Of a stretch of 64,000 nucleotides of DNA, positions 1 through 9,676 are shown one piece after another. Numbering within the stretch: position 1 is the first letter of the stretch; the number at the start of each line of letters is the position of its first letter. Position numbers and translations under genes: made by a program. Source of the stretch: a virus; the IMG/VR virus record IMGVR_UViG_3300029240_000001; one strand, 5' to 3'. The notes beneath the pieces are model-generated. The model was given only the letters and a program-made list of their open reading frames with translations. It was not told the origin of the DNA and searched no databases.

Positions 1-49
1 ATTAAAAGTTTTATAATCTTTAATCAAAGATTCATTATATGACAGGATG

Positions 50-1252
50 TCACTCATTGTCGACCACCTGCCCATTTTCATCAATAAACCCTTTTCCCTT
101 TAAAAAGTCTTTTAAATCCTTATTTTCAACCAATAAAACTCTTGCTCTCTCTTGCGCCTTGTCTCTTTCTTTAGTTAAGCTATCAACCAATTCCCTTCTA
201 ATATTTCCAATTTCATTCATTACATTCTCATCAAATCCAATTTGGTCAATTTGCGCTTTCGCACTAATTTCAGCAACTTGTTGCATGCCTCTACAGTAAT
301 CAATGTCATAAGTATTAATCTTAGCGTTTCTAAATCCTATCAAATCTAATTCTTTCATCTTCCCAGTAAGAGTGTTCTGCCCTTTGCTTTTAGAATTGTT
401 ATAATTAATACTAATGCCATTATCCTTAGCTAACGCATTCGCGCCACTTAATAGTTTTGATATTGTGTCAGCATGTTGCTTGATAATACCATTATTATTG
501 TTTAATTTTGAAATATTTGAAGATAACTTATCAATAGCGTCATTAATCTTTTGTATTTGATTAAACGCTTTAACTATCTGAATAACTGCGTTCATTTTCA
601 TTCCGTCATTTTTCGTTTCATCATCAATAAAACTAATCAACTGCGCATACAGAACTGGTTTGTCTTCCTCAATTGGATATTTTGCAAATGGGTCATATCC
701 AATTATTCTAATTGCATCCTTCCTATTAATTGCATATTCTCGCTCAATTTCTTTCTTTCGATCTTCAGTAACAACATATGTATCAGAATCATCCGATGTC
801 AAATTAACTCTTTTTCCTATATCTCCATCATGCCATCTTAAAGTTTTATATTGTTTCAATGAGCAAATATTTTTAATATAAGCTTCCCATGTGTCTCCGT
901 GAAGAGCTCTATTGCTAGGGTCATTCCCTTCCACATAACTGGAATTAAACAGATTTTCGAAAAATGGCTTATCCAACCTTTCTAGGGCCTCAATAATTGA
1001 TTCCTTTGTGCAATCTCCATATTGTCCAGTTTTTGGGTCATAGTTCCTTGCTATTTTCTTCGCGCAGTCCTTACACATGTTCGTAACCCCAGTCCTAACC
1101 AACGGATCTGTACTCACATAATATTCAGACCTTTTCTTCACTGTATTGCAATAAGGGCAAAGATAACTTGGCTCTTCAACTTTTGGTTTTGGCCTACCAG
1201 CTTTTTTTGCACCGGTTGGTTTTCTTCCGGGTTTTTTTGCAGTAGTTGGCAT
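50..1252 (-). CDS. hypothetical protein; basic N-terminus, CxxC..CxxC zinc ribbon, coiled-coil-rich C-half
   Basis: 400-aa ORF; KKPGRKPTGAKKAGRPKPK then CPYC...CKDC; last gene of leftward block; no family recognised. Confidence 0.6.
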   Translation of the reverse strand: MPTTAKKPGRKPTGAKKAGRPKPKVEEPSYLCPYCNTVKKRSEYYVSTDPLVRTGVTNMCKDCAKKIARNYDPKTGQYGDCTKESIIEALERLDKPFFENLFNSSYVEGNDPSNRALHGDTWEAYIKNICSLKQYKTLRWHDGDIGKRVNLTSDDSDTYVVTEDRKKEIEREYAINRKDAIRIIGYDPFAKYPIEEDKPVLYAQLISFIDDETKNDGMKMNAVIQIVKAFNQIQKINDAIDKLSSNISKLNNNNGIIKQHADTISKLLSGANALAKDNGISINYNNSKSKGQNTLTGKMKELDLIGFRNAKINTYDIDYCRGMQQVAEISAKAQIDQIGFDENVMNEIGNIRRELVDSLTKERDKAQERARVLLVENKDLKDFLKGKGFIDENGQVVDNE

Positions 1253-1288
1253 CTATTATCACTCCCTTTGTTCTTTTTAATAAATTTA

Positions 1289-1498
1289 TTATTCTACTGC
1301 TTCTTTCTTTGTTTCCTTAATTTGCTGATCGATCTCAGCAATAGCTGCGTCAAATTTTGCATCCTTAACAAACACAAATACTGTTTTATCTTTTGGATTC
1401 TCCTTGGACGGCTTGATATCACAAATAGTGCAACCCATCTTAAGGAGTCTACGAGCACAGCCCGGATTAAAGATTAATTTTGTACTCTTTTGTTCCAT
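1289..1498 (-). CDS. small hypothetical protein (69 aa)
   Basis: ATG preceded by GAAGGAGAA on minus strand; tight operon spacing. Confidence 0.6.
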   Translation of the reverse strand: MEQKSTKLIFNPGCARRLLKMGCTICDIKPSKENPKDKTVFVFVKDAKFDAAIAEIDQQIKETKKEAVE

Positions 1499-1529
1499 TT
1501 TTTATTTCTCCTTCATAATTTCTTGTTCC

Positions 1530-2726
1530 TTAAAGTTTAATATTATAAGTGCAAATTTTCCCATCTTCTTTGTTAAAAATGCACAAAGTTTGAGCAGGAT
1601 TTGCATATAATCTCTTATTATTGGCGTAGTCATCAGTTCCACACAAGGAGCTCACCATTACATTATCAATTCCATAAGAATCAATTGTCTCAGAGTGATG
1701 CTTATCCCCAGAAAACACATATTCAACATCGAGTCCATATTTCTTGCCAAACAGGGTGTGCATATCCACCCCAAGTTTATTGAAGCGTTCTAGGTCTCCA
1801 TGAACTGCAACGATATCATGACCGAGTACATTAAAGAAAATAAACTCATTAATATTATTGTCGCGAACATGAACCTTGTAATTCTTAGCAAGTCTTTGTT
1901 TAATCCACCAAGGAATAATCTTCTCCATATTGTCTGAATGGATGCTATCATTCTTATTTTGTACTGTTCTCGCATGATTTCCATAAGTAGAATAAACATA
2001 CACATCATTAACATTTTGTGACAGCCCATTAATAAGTTCCGCTAAAATTTCAGACACTTCCATCAACTGGTCACAAGTATCTTCTTCAGAGGCAACTCTT
2101 GCAGAAGTATGTATGCTTCCGTGTATAAAATCTCCAAGTAATACAACATGAAGAGTTCTTATCCAATGTAGCTTTAAATATTCGCTTGCTTTCTTGAATA
2201 AAGTGTTAACACGGGCTAGACACTCATTTGTATCATATTTATTCCAGATATTATCTGCAACCATGCCGAAATGCCAGTCTGTCAAGACAAGAACTGCTTC
2301 TTCATTAGAACCAACAGGCAAAATTTGATTCGTACTCAAAAACTTGTCTTTGCTTAAATTCTCAGCCGCTTCAATTAATTTTTCTGTCAAATGTTCGGCT
2401 CTCGCATCACTTGCAAGCAGCTTATTATATTCTCTTCTCTGGTCTTGAAACTGCTTTTTAACCTTATAAAGTTCTTCTCTCTCCGCTTGAATCTTTTTCA
2501 GATACTCGTCATCTGTAAAAACTTGCTTCTCGCAGCTCTTAAGACCATGCTGAAACATTTGATATTTTTTACGATAAGCGGACTCCCCGTAGTTTTGATC
2601 GAGAGCAGCATTAATAATGTCCGCAACTTGCTGCCACGTCATACCAGATGACTCTTTTAGCGAACAAATGCGGTAAATATACTGTTCTTCGCTCTCTTGC
2701 GCGGGATTAAAGTTAATTATCTCCAT
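1530..2726 (-). CDS. calcineurin-like metallophosphoesterase (Mre11/SbcD-type fold) with N-terminal helical extension
   Basis: Ordered motifs LTDWH, LLGDFIHG, YGNHAR, AVHGD, SGDKHH; start moved from track 2747 to MEIINF (AAAGGA SD 8 nt upstream). Confidence 0.75.
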   Translation of the reverse strand: MEIINFNPAQESEEQYIYRICSLKESSGMTWQQVADIINAALDQNYGESAYRKKYQMFQHGLKSCEKQVFTDDEYLKKIQAEREELYKVKKQFQDQRREYNKLLASDARAEHLTEKLIEAAENLSKDKFLSTNQILPVGSNEEAVLVLTDWHFGMVADNIWNKYDTNECLARVNTLFKKASEYLKLHWIRTLHVVLLGDFIHGSIHTSARVASEEDTCDQLMEVSEILAELINGLSQNVNDVYVYSTYGNHARTVQNKNDSIHSDNMEKIIPWWIKQRLAKNYKVHVRDNNINEFIFFNVLGHDIVAVHGDLERFNKLGVDMHTLFGKKYGLDVEYVFSGDKHHSETIDSYGIDNVMVSSLCGTDDYANNKRLYANPAQTLCIFNKEDGKICTYNIKL

Positions 2727-2765
2727 TCCTTTTGTCCTTTCTCGCATATAACAAAAAGACGAGGA

Positions 2766-3092
2766 TTATTCCTCGCCTTTAATGTTCTCATTGCATGCTG
2801 CTCTAATTTTTAACTGATATGCCTGTGTAAACTTAGCCACCGGATAAATATGGTCATCACTAACCGTTCTCTCACCAGTTCTTGGCTTGAAAGTTTCCTT
2901 TCCCTTAAAAAACTTAGCATTAATATTAAGCCCTTCAAATAGCTTAATTGTTGCCAGATTGTCAGGTGCAGACTCCGATAGTAGCTGAGTAATTACAGCA
3001 AAAGTCGCATCATAAATGTCCTTCACTGCACCCTGATAATACCCAGATTCCTTTGCTACCATTTTAACTAGATCTTTCTGTTTATAAACCAT
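2766..3092 (-). CDS. HU/IHF-family DNA-binding protein
   Basis: 108 aa; N-term KQKDLVKMVAKESG...AVKDIYDA..VITQLL and arm FKPRTGERT...PVAKF align with bacterial HU layout. Confidence 0.75.
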   Translation of the reverse strand: MVYKQKDLVKMVAKESGYYQGAVKDIYDATFAVITQLLSESAPDNLATIKLFEGLNINAKFFKGKETFKPRTGERTVSDDHIYPVAKFTQAYQLKIRAACNENIKGEE

Positions 3093-3137
3093 TTCAATCT
3101 CCCTTTCTTGTTCCTTTTATATAATATTAATCAATAC

Positions 3138-3320
3138 TTACGCAAGCTCTTCGCCATAAGCAATACTGAGCTTAACGTCTTTATCATTAAAATCCGCAAA
3201 TAGACTAATTAGCGGAATATATTCGCCAGTGTCGTCGTTCTCAACAAACACCTGATTGTCTTGAATGTGAAGAATTCCATTTGCCTGAACTGTGTACTTG
3301 CTCTGAATTTTTGCTGCCAT
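3138..3320 (-). CDS. small hypothetical protein (60 aa)
   Basis: ORF in operon spacing between HU-like and PhoH genes; no family recognised. Confidence 0.5.
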   Translation of the reverse strand: MAAKIQSKYTVQANGILHIQDNQVFVENDDTGEYIPLISLFADFNDKDVKLSIAYGEELA

Positions 3321-3340
3321 AATCTTTTCTCCTTTGTATT

Positions 3341-4048
3341 TTATAGTTCATCTGCCCACGAACTAACAATACCGCGATGGTTGATATTTAGCTCGCAAAC
3401 TTGGGCATAATCTTTATCTTTAAAATGTTCAATATATTTAACGAATCCGCTATTCTCTGGATGATGGTACAGGTCGCATTGGCCGCTATGTCCGATAACT
3501 ATAGTTTTCGATGTATCAGAAACTCTCGTAAGCACTTTTTTTAGTTCGTCTACATACATATTCTGAGTTTCCTCAACAATAACCACCTTGTTCTCTAAAT
3601 TGCATCCACGCAAGTACACATGAGATACGCAATCAATATAGCCAGTACCATTCTTTTGGTTTTCTACACCTTCCTGAATAATAGCCGTATATGGATTAAT
3701 ACCAAGCTTTACTAGAGCGTCATATAAAGGAGCAGTATAAATAGAAATTTTTTCATCTGCGCTACCCGGCAAAAACCCTAATTTTTCTTCCTGCACAGGA
3801 CTAACAATATAGACAATCCCGTCATACGCATTATGCTGAACCAAAAGGTTTGCTGCAGCAACTGCCATAAGTGTTTTGCCACTTCCTGCTTTGGAATTGG
3901 CGAACACAACCAGCTTGTCTGGGTTCAAAATAGCATTCACAAATTCTTTTTGGGATTCGTCCATTGCTAACCCATAAAATGGATGCCCTTCAATGTCTCT
4001 TGGTGCATCCCCATATTCATTAATGACTGTTTTCTTTTTAGTAGCCAT
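3341..4048 (-). CDS. phoH: PhoH-family ATPase
   Basis: Walker A KAGSGKT, EKLGFLPG, PLYDAL, YLRG, IVEETQN, LTR, GHSGQCDL: the full PhoH motif series. Confidence 0.9.
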   Translation of the reverse strand: MATKKKTVINEYGDAPRDIEGHPFYGLAMDESQKEFVNAILNPDKLVVFANSKAGSGKTLMAVAAANLLVQHNAYDGIVYIVSPVQEEKLGFLPGSADEKISIYTAPLYDALVKLGINPYTAIIQEGVENQKNGTGYIDCVSHVYLRGCNLENKVVIVEETQNMYVDELKKVLTRVSDTSKTIVIGHSGQCDLYHHPENSGFVKYIEHFKDKDYAQVCELNINHRGIVSSWADEL

Positions 4049-4062
4049 ATATGCCCTCCAGA

Positions 4063-4680
4063 TTAGAATAGCTCGTCAATATCACTCACAACTTCGTCAA
4101 TAATACCTTGCTCAAGCGCATCATCCTCATCAAGATACCAATCATAAGGAGCTCTCTTCTTGAACACCTTTGGATCTACATTTGTATGCGCAATGAAGAA
4201 ATCAGTTACTTTCTTTACGAGTTTGTCACCGAACTTCTTCATTGACTCTGCCTGCTCCTGAGTGCCGCCATAGTAACAAGACCCAGAATGAATTAGCACA
4301 GAGCTACCCGGCATTGCATAACGCTTATGCCCTGCAGCGAGAATATCAGCGCCAGCAGAGTAAGCGCAGCATAGATTAATTGTCCAAACAGGCGTTTTAC
4401 TAATCTCAATAAGCTTAATAAAGCTCCATGTTACAGATACATCACCGCCCGGAGTGTCAATGCAAATCTTAATTGGCACACGCTGTTCAACAGGAATATC
4501 TTTGTCCTCCTTGTTCCAGCGAATAATCTCCTTAGATAGTTCTAGAAGATTCTCATCAATCTGCTCATCAATATAAAGAATGCGATTCTCAATATCCTTA
4601 TAATAATTTCTTAGCTCCGGGTTTGGGAGCTGCAGATTCGCGATAGACTCTGGAATGCTTACAAATAGTTCTTCTGACAT
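4063..4680 (-). CDS. clpP: ClpP-like serine protease (S14 family)
   Basis: IDTPGGDV...CCAYSAGADILAAG..RYAMPGSSVLIHSG parallels ClpP INSPGG...ASMG...IMIHQP. Confidence 0.8.
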   Translation of the reverse strand: MSEELFVSIPESIANLQLPNPELRNYYKDIENRILYIDEQIDENLLELSKEIIRWNKEDKDIPVEQRVPIKICIDTPGGDVSVTWSFIKLIEISKTPVWTINLCCAYSAGADILAAGHKRYAMPGSSVLIHSGSCYYGGTQEQAESMKKFGDKLVKKVTDFFIAHTNVDPKVFKKRAPYDWYLDEDDALEQGIIDEVVSDIDELF

Positions 4681-4793
4681 ATACGTTTTCCTCCGTTTCG
4701 TTCTTTTTCTTAGTAAAAATTCGTGTCAATGTATAGAATACAGCTTCATGTATACTATCCATTAGGAATTTTTCGACCCCTGATTTTTCGCAT

Positions 4794-4850
4794 AGCCTCA
4801 TGCAAATGCGTATGATTTTTGCATGAGGCTATAATTTTGTATTGTGTCAA
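4794..4850 (-). promoter_or_regulatory. conserved box TTGACACAATACAAAATTATAG (minus strand) immediately followed by a 13-bp-stem hairpin
   Basis: Box core at 4831-4845 with TTGAC at 4846-4850; hairpin AGCCTCATGCAAA/TTTGCATGAGGCT at 4794-4830; no -10 hexamer at 17-nt spacing. Confidence 0.6.
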
Positions 4851-4860
4851 AATGGGCGAC

Positions 4861-5760
4861 CTACTGAATTTTATTCTTCCGTTTTTCATATGCACGTTTA
4901 TTTTGTAACGATTTCAGCTTTTTATCGTGTTTTTCTTTACATGTCTGGCACCTGCAAGTCTCATTATCAAATTCGCTTACCTCAACTACTTCACCGCAAT
5001 CAATGCACCATATTTGCAGTGGGGGAGAAGCTGCAAGAGAGCAGTCGGTACAGACGTTATCGCTTGCTTTGCGCTTCATTAGTTTACCACAGCGAGTGCA
5101 TCTCTTAAATTCTTCTTTGCCTTTCCAATTCAGATATACATACGCTAATTCTTGACAGTCAACTTCATTCAAACGAAGTGCTTCTTTTCCGTCTTTCTCT
5201 ATAAAATTGACCCACAAGCACTTTGTATCATTTCGCTTTGGGCAACTTATTAGTCCCTGAACGAGAATATAGTGCAGAATATATTCTCTATCATCTGCAG
5301 GAACGGATACTCTTGCAATTTTGCACAGCTCCGTAACAGTATATCTAACAAGACCACCTGTAAAATTAGACGATGTCCCATAAAAATCATTGATTTTTGC
5401 TTGCTGTTTTGCCATACATAGGAGTACAAACGTCATTTTTTCTGCTCTGATATTGTTTAAAGTTTCTATCTTTTTCAGCTCATTTTGAGTAATAACAATA
5501 TCATCTAACTCATAAAGTGCTCGCTTTTTTGCTCCTTTAATTGCGTTTGAAATAACATTTGAATAACTTGCTTCATCAAAATTAATTTGATGTTTTGTCA
5601 TCCATGCAACAGTGGAATTATAATTCTCGTTATCGTCTTTCCCCAATATTTGAGAATTATATCTAGTAATATAACCAATCTTCTTAATGGCCGACTTGAC
5701 GTCCTGATTTTTACCAAGTAACAGATTCATTGCATATTTTTTCTCATTCAATACTATCAT
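4861..5760 (-). CDS. hypothetical protein with C-terminal multi-CxxC zinc-ribbon region
   Basis: Start moved to MIVLNEKKY (GGTGGTG SD 6 nt upstream), overlapping the upstream stop; ends in TAG followed by the promoter box. Confidence 0.6.
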   Translation of the reverse strand: MIVLNEKKYAMNLLLGKNQDVKSAIKKIGYITRYNSQILGKDDNENYNSTVAWMTKHQINFDEASYSNVISNAIKGAKKRALYELDDIVITQNELKKIETLNNIRAEKMTFVLLCMAKQQAKINDFYGTSSNFTGGLVRYTVTELCKIARVSVPADDREYILHYILVQGLISCPKRNDTKCLWVNFIEKDGKEALRLNEVDCQELAYVYLNWKGKEEFKRCTRCGKLMKRKASDNVCTDCSLAASPPLQIWCIDCGEVVEVSEFDNETCRCQTCKEKHDKKLKSLQNKRAYEKRKNKIQ

Positions 5761-8629
5761 GTTCATCACCACCAAATTCTTTAGTATACAAGGAAAATGT
5801 TTTACCACAGAATTCTATGTCACCATTTTCATCTTTGATTGGAAATTGCATTTTATTTCCACTATTTCTTAATACATTTTTAAAAATTTGTTCGCCAGCA
5901 ACATCCCAAGCAAAAGATTTATTCTTACTAGACGTATAACAAACATCGACAACAATATTAGCGAGTACTTCCTTATTCTCACACACAAAAGCGCATTCTT
6001 CAGAAAATGTATCCTTAAATTGAGACATTACAAGGTCTCTTTCTTCTTTGCCAACATCATTTTTCTTAACACCTTTTAAAAAGACTTGGATATTGCTGTT
6101 ATACTCTTCATACAATGCTTGTACCGCATCAAATTCTTCCTGAGAATATTCCACATCGCTCTTTAAAATAGAAGCATCAAAATCCACGTTTGGCAGCACA
6201 TCTGTCGTCTTAAACTCGTCCTCAATCTTCCAACAAATTCTGTTCATTGTGCCGGGAGCTCTACTAACAGGAAGATATTTTTCATAATTATAGATAAATG
6301 TTTCTTCTTCGTCAGTCAAGTATTCAGATGTACACAAATCTTCTAAGGTTTTGCCGAACCTTATTTTACAATTTGATCTTACAGATTTCATGTATTTATC
6401 AAGTTCTGATTTTAACTGAGAATACCTATAAATAAAAAACCATGGCTTTATATTTGCTGCTATTCTCGTATCAATTTCTTTATCATGCAATATTTCAGGC
6501 GTGTCGCCTGACTTTGGCTTGTGCATTCTTGTCTCTAGCCATTCTTTTGGCACTGGCCTAGCAACAACCCCCTTAATGCGATCGATGGCATTTTGTTGAT
6601 AATTCATCATTGTGTTGATTCTATCAGTTAGTCGCCTATATTCTTCGCTATCTGGCTCAAACTTCTCTCTCAAAGAAATCATATTTGTTGCTTTGTTAGT
6701 TACACTTCCAATAGAATCTCCAAAGCCATTAATGTCTGAAGTAATAAAATCTTCTTCTACTGGAACCTTCTTTGGCATTTTATCTTGCACACACATTAAT
6801 GTTGGCTTGTATTCAAACGCCTCAATAAGCACATGTGTATCACTTGTGAAGAAACTATCAGAATCGTAGTCAGCGCCGTTGCATCTGATAGCAGTAGTGT
6901 CCCAACTGTTAAGAATACAGCAAGTTTTGATATATCTATACCATTTTCTCATCTCTTGATTGGCAACAACATTAAGCTTACAAACATTTTCAATTGAAGT
7001 CATTGGTGCACGGAAGGCGACAATCTCATTGACATTTTTATCAATCCAAAAGCGATGATAGCATTCCCCTGCATGTAACAAGCCTGTAATATCTAACCCA
7101 AACATGCTCTGTAATAGTGAATATGGGTCATTTCCTATAATTGCATAATCTCCTTCAACATCTAGAACCCCTATTTTTGCAGTTTTAATGCGTTTTTGGA
7201 TCATCCTACTAACCTTAGAACGCACATAAGGGTCTTTGATTAGCTCTGTATTTGCCATAATTGCTTTGCACATGGGCTCCATATGCTCAACATTATTTTC
7301 ATCAAGCCCAGTCCCGCACATATAAAGAATTAACTTTCTCCAATCCAAGCCAAGACATTCTTTGATTTTTGTCACCGTTGGTGCAACCAACTCATCAATT
7401 TGCTCGTCTGTGAATTTGAAATCTTGCAAATACTGATAATTTGTTGTATGAACATTTCGCAGCTCACGAGGAGCACTCTTGGCTATGCAAAAATCATATT
7501 CATTCTCTTTACAATTGCGAACATAATCTTCACATCCTGCGTAAGAATCCCATAGCTTTAACATAGAAGTTGTCAGAATTAAATCTGCATCCCTTACGTC
7601 CCTTTTATCTCCCCACGCATCAGTTATTTCATACGTGTGTGCCACTTCTTCAGCGAACTGAACAAAAGGCACCGTGAATACCATGCCCTTTAAAAATGCG
7701 CATCTGGTATTATATCCAGAGAGCGGTTCAGTACCTTCTCCCAATAATTCTGCCCACTTGCCACTCATTTCTGGAGAAATAAAACCCATGCCATCAGAAA
7801 CATTATAATCAATCATTTCTTCGTGTGGCTCGCTTACACTTGGCCAATCAGGATTTTTTTCATTCCCAGTATCTTTAACTATTCTTACAGGGTAGTTAAA
7901 ATGCGTTTCTGCATCTTTTACTACAATGATACGTGGCCATGGTCTTTTCTCGTCAGTAAATGACCCTACTGTGATACTAGCGGAGCACTGCAGCGCAAAA
8001 TATGCAGACAACTTTGCTGGAATAAACTTGTAATTGAGCTCCATCCCATTATAAGTTTTTACTGGCTCTAAAAGATTGTTATTCTCATCAACTTTTGGCC
8101 CGAGATAGCGCCCATTATTAATACGACTCATAATCTCGTCATGCAAGTTTTCGTTGATAAACATAATTGTGCTCTTTTTAATAGAACCTGCGGTTCCAAG
8201 TAAGCGAACATAAGTTACGGTTTGTGGCTCATTGCCGTCATCATAATCAATAGTAGCCTTAAATTTGTTCTTGCATACATATTTGTAATCTCCCGGAGAG
8301 TCCATAACAAGCATTACATAATCTTGCTGAAACTGCGTTTGATACAAATTATTGTACAATCTACGGATTTGCGCCTTATTTTCTGGCGTATTGTCCAATT
8401 TCTTCGTTTTTTGAATAGCTTCTTTAATTTTAGAAGCTGTTTTGTCATCTTCCTCTTTGTGTTGCAGCTCTGTCAACCATCTTAGCACTTGAGAAGAGCC
8501 CAAACTAACAACCATTTGCGGCTGCTTTCTGATTTCATTCAATTTTAGGGTTAAATGCCAATTGTGCTTTGCCAAGTAGCCACTATGAATTTTTAGTACA
8601 TAAGTTTGATTCTTTTGCTGTTTTGCCAA
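5744..8629 (-). CDS. RdRP-family / YonO-like two-barrel polymerase candidate (single-subunit RNA polymerase)
   Basis: 961 aa, TTG start after GGTGGTGA; SDGMGFIS (nt 7775-7798) and FRAPMTS...CNGADYDSDSFF (DxDxD, nt 6857-6880) match hallmark blocks of the cellular RdRP/QDE-1 family. Confidence 0.6.
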   Translation of the reverse strand: MAKQQKNQTYVLKIHSGYLAKHNWHLTLKLNEIRKQPQMVVSLGSSQVLRWLTELQHKEEDDKTASKIKEAIQKTKKLDNTPENKAQIRRLYNNLYQTQFQQDYVMLVMDSPGDYKYVCKNKFKATIDYDDGNEPQTVTYVRLLGTAGSIKKSTIMFINENLHDEIMSRINNGRYLGPKVDENNNLLEPVKTYNGMELNYKFIPAKLSAYFALQCSASITVGSFTDEKRPWPRIIVVKDAETHFNYPVRIVKDTGNEKNPDWPSVSEPHEEMIDYNVSDGMGFISPEMSGKWAELLGEGTEPLSGYNTRCAFLKGMVFTVPFVQFAEEVAHTYEITDAWGDKRDVRDADLILTTSMLKLWDSYAGCEDYVRNCKENEYDFCIAKSAPRELRNVHTTNYQYLQDFKFTDEQIDELVAPTVTKIKECLGLDWRKLILYMCGTGLDENNVEHMEPMCKAIMANTELIKDPYVRSKVSRMIQKRIKTAKIGVLDVEGDYAIIGNDPYSLLQSMFGLDITGLLHAGECYHRFWIDKNVNEIVAFRAPMTSIENVCKLNVVANQEMRKWYRYIKTCCILNSWDTTAIRCNGADYDSDSFFTSDTHVLIEAFEYKPTLMCVQDKMPKKVPVEEDFITSDINGFGDSIGSVTNKATNMISLREKFEPDSEEYRRLTDRINTMMNYQQNAIDRIKGVVARPVPKEWLETRMHKPKSGDTPEILHDKEIDTRIAANIKPWFFIYRYSQLKSELDKYMKSVRSNCKIRFGKTLEDLCTSEYLTDEEETFIYNYEKYLPVSRAPGTMNRICWKIEDEFKTTDVLPNVDFDASILKSDVEYSQEEFDAVQALYEEYNSNIQVFLKGVKKNDVGKEERDLVMSQFKDTFSEECAFVCENKEVLANIVVDVCYTSSKNKSFAWDVAGEQIFKNVLRNSGNKMQFPIKDENGDIEFCGKTFSLYTKEFGGDEHDSIE

Positions 8630-8650
8630 TAAATATCACCACCTACGACA

Positions 8651-8709
8651 ATAATTTTGTATTGTCCTTTTGAACAAGCCTATTATACCACAAACTTCAC
8701 AAATGTCAA
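8651..8709 (-). promoter_or_regulatory. sigmaA-type promoter (TTGACA-N16-TATAAT, TG-extended) followed by the conserved box, upstream of the polymerase gene
   Basis: Minus strand: TTGACA at 8704-8709, TATAAT at 8682-8687, box ACAATACAAAATTAT at 8651-8665. Confidence 0.65.
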
Positions 8710-8715
8710 TGGCAT

Positions 8716-9372
8716 TTAATCAATGAATGTATAAACAACTCTTACATCCTTGTAGCTTCCACCGTTTGGCACAAGACCGACAAGCAATGGAAGAGCATTA
8801 TCGCAGAAAAAAGAGCAATATTCCTTATAGCTCTTTGGATCATACTCAACAATAACACAATAATTGATCCCTTCATCACGTGGGATACTTCCATCTAGAA
8901 TGCCATCCATAACGAAAGAGGTAACTACTTGTTTGTCTTTACCAGAAATGTGTCTATCCCAACGAGTGGGGGCGACACCATCTCTCTTCCAATGCACATA
9001 AGCCTTCTCAGGAATACGACCAACATGAGAAATTGTTGCATCCCAATTATAATTAAGCATTTCATTAAGAGTTACATATGAAGCAAAGCCTCCAAAACGA
9101 AAATAATGATTACTCGAAATTGCATCAGATGCATCGTCTGGCAAGCCTCGCAATTCACTAATTGGATTAATTACTGTATAACCATTTAGTTGATTTGTGA
9201 CCCAACCAAATAGCTCATATAAAAAAATATTTCTTTCATCACAAACCCTATCAGTTAATTTATCATTCATTTCAATAAATGCGCTTGGAAAAATATTACC
9301 AACCTTTTTCCATGCACCATTTTCTCTTACCTCAGCATACATTATCATTTGCATATATTTATCACATCCCAT
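8716..9372 (-). CDS. hypothetical protein (218 aa; start uncertain)
   Basis: Long ORF in operon; several in-frame ATGs (9372, 9354, 9348, 9342), none with a strong SD. Confidence 0.55.
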   Translation of the reverse strand: MGCDKYMQMIMYAEVRENGAWKKVGNIFPSAFIEMNDKLTDRVCDERNIFLYELFGWVTNQLNGYTVINPISELRGLPDDASDAISSNHYFRFGGFASYVTLNEMLNYNWDATISHVGRIPEKAYVHWKRDGVAPTRWDRHISGKDKQVVTSFVMDGILDGSIPRDEGINYCVIVEYDPKSYKEYCSFFCDNALPLLVGLVPNGGSYKDVRVVYTFID

Positions 9373-9676
9373 ACATTTCTTTATACTTATACATTTCGTT
9401 TATAAGATCATTAAAACTTGGCATATCTTCTGGTTTAAGATATACAGATTCTGTTAAAGGCACATACGATTGCATCACACAAGCATATTGGCACTTATTT
9501 GAATCAATATGCATTTTACAACGCCTGTCTTCAGGGACATGCATATCTTTACCACACCCCGGACAATACGCAAAATCTACAACTGATAATGTACCACATT
9601 GTGGACACTCTAATAGTTGTGCATTGCCGCACAGAATATGAAAAAGTTTTCTTTCAACTGCTTTCCATTCACTCAT
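9362..9676 (-). CDS. zinc-ribbon protein (104 aa)
   Basis: Start moved to MSEWKAV (GGGGAGGTG SD); CPQCG...CPGCG pairs. Confidence 0.6.
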   Translation of the reverse strand: MSEWKAVERKLFHILCGNAQLLECPQCGTLSVVDFAYCPGCGKDMHVPEDRRCKMHIDSNKCQYACVMQSYVPLTESVYLKPEDMPSFNDLINEMYKYKEMYGM

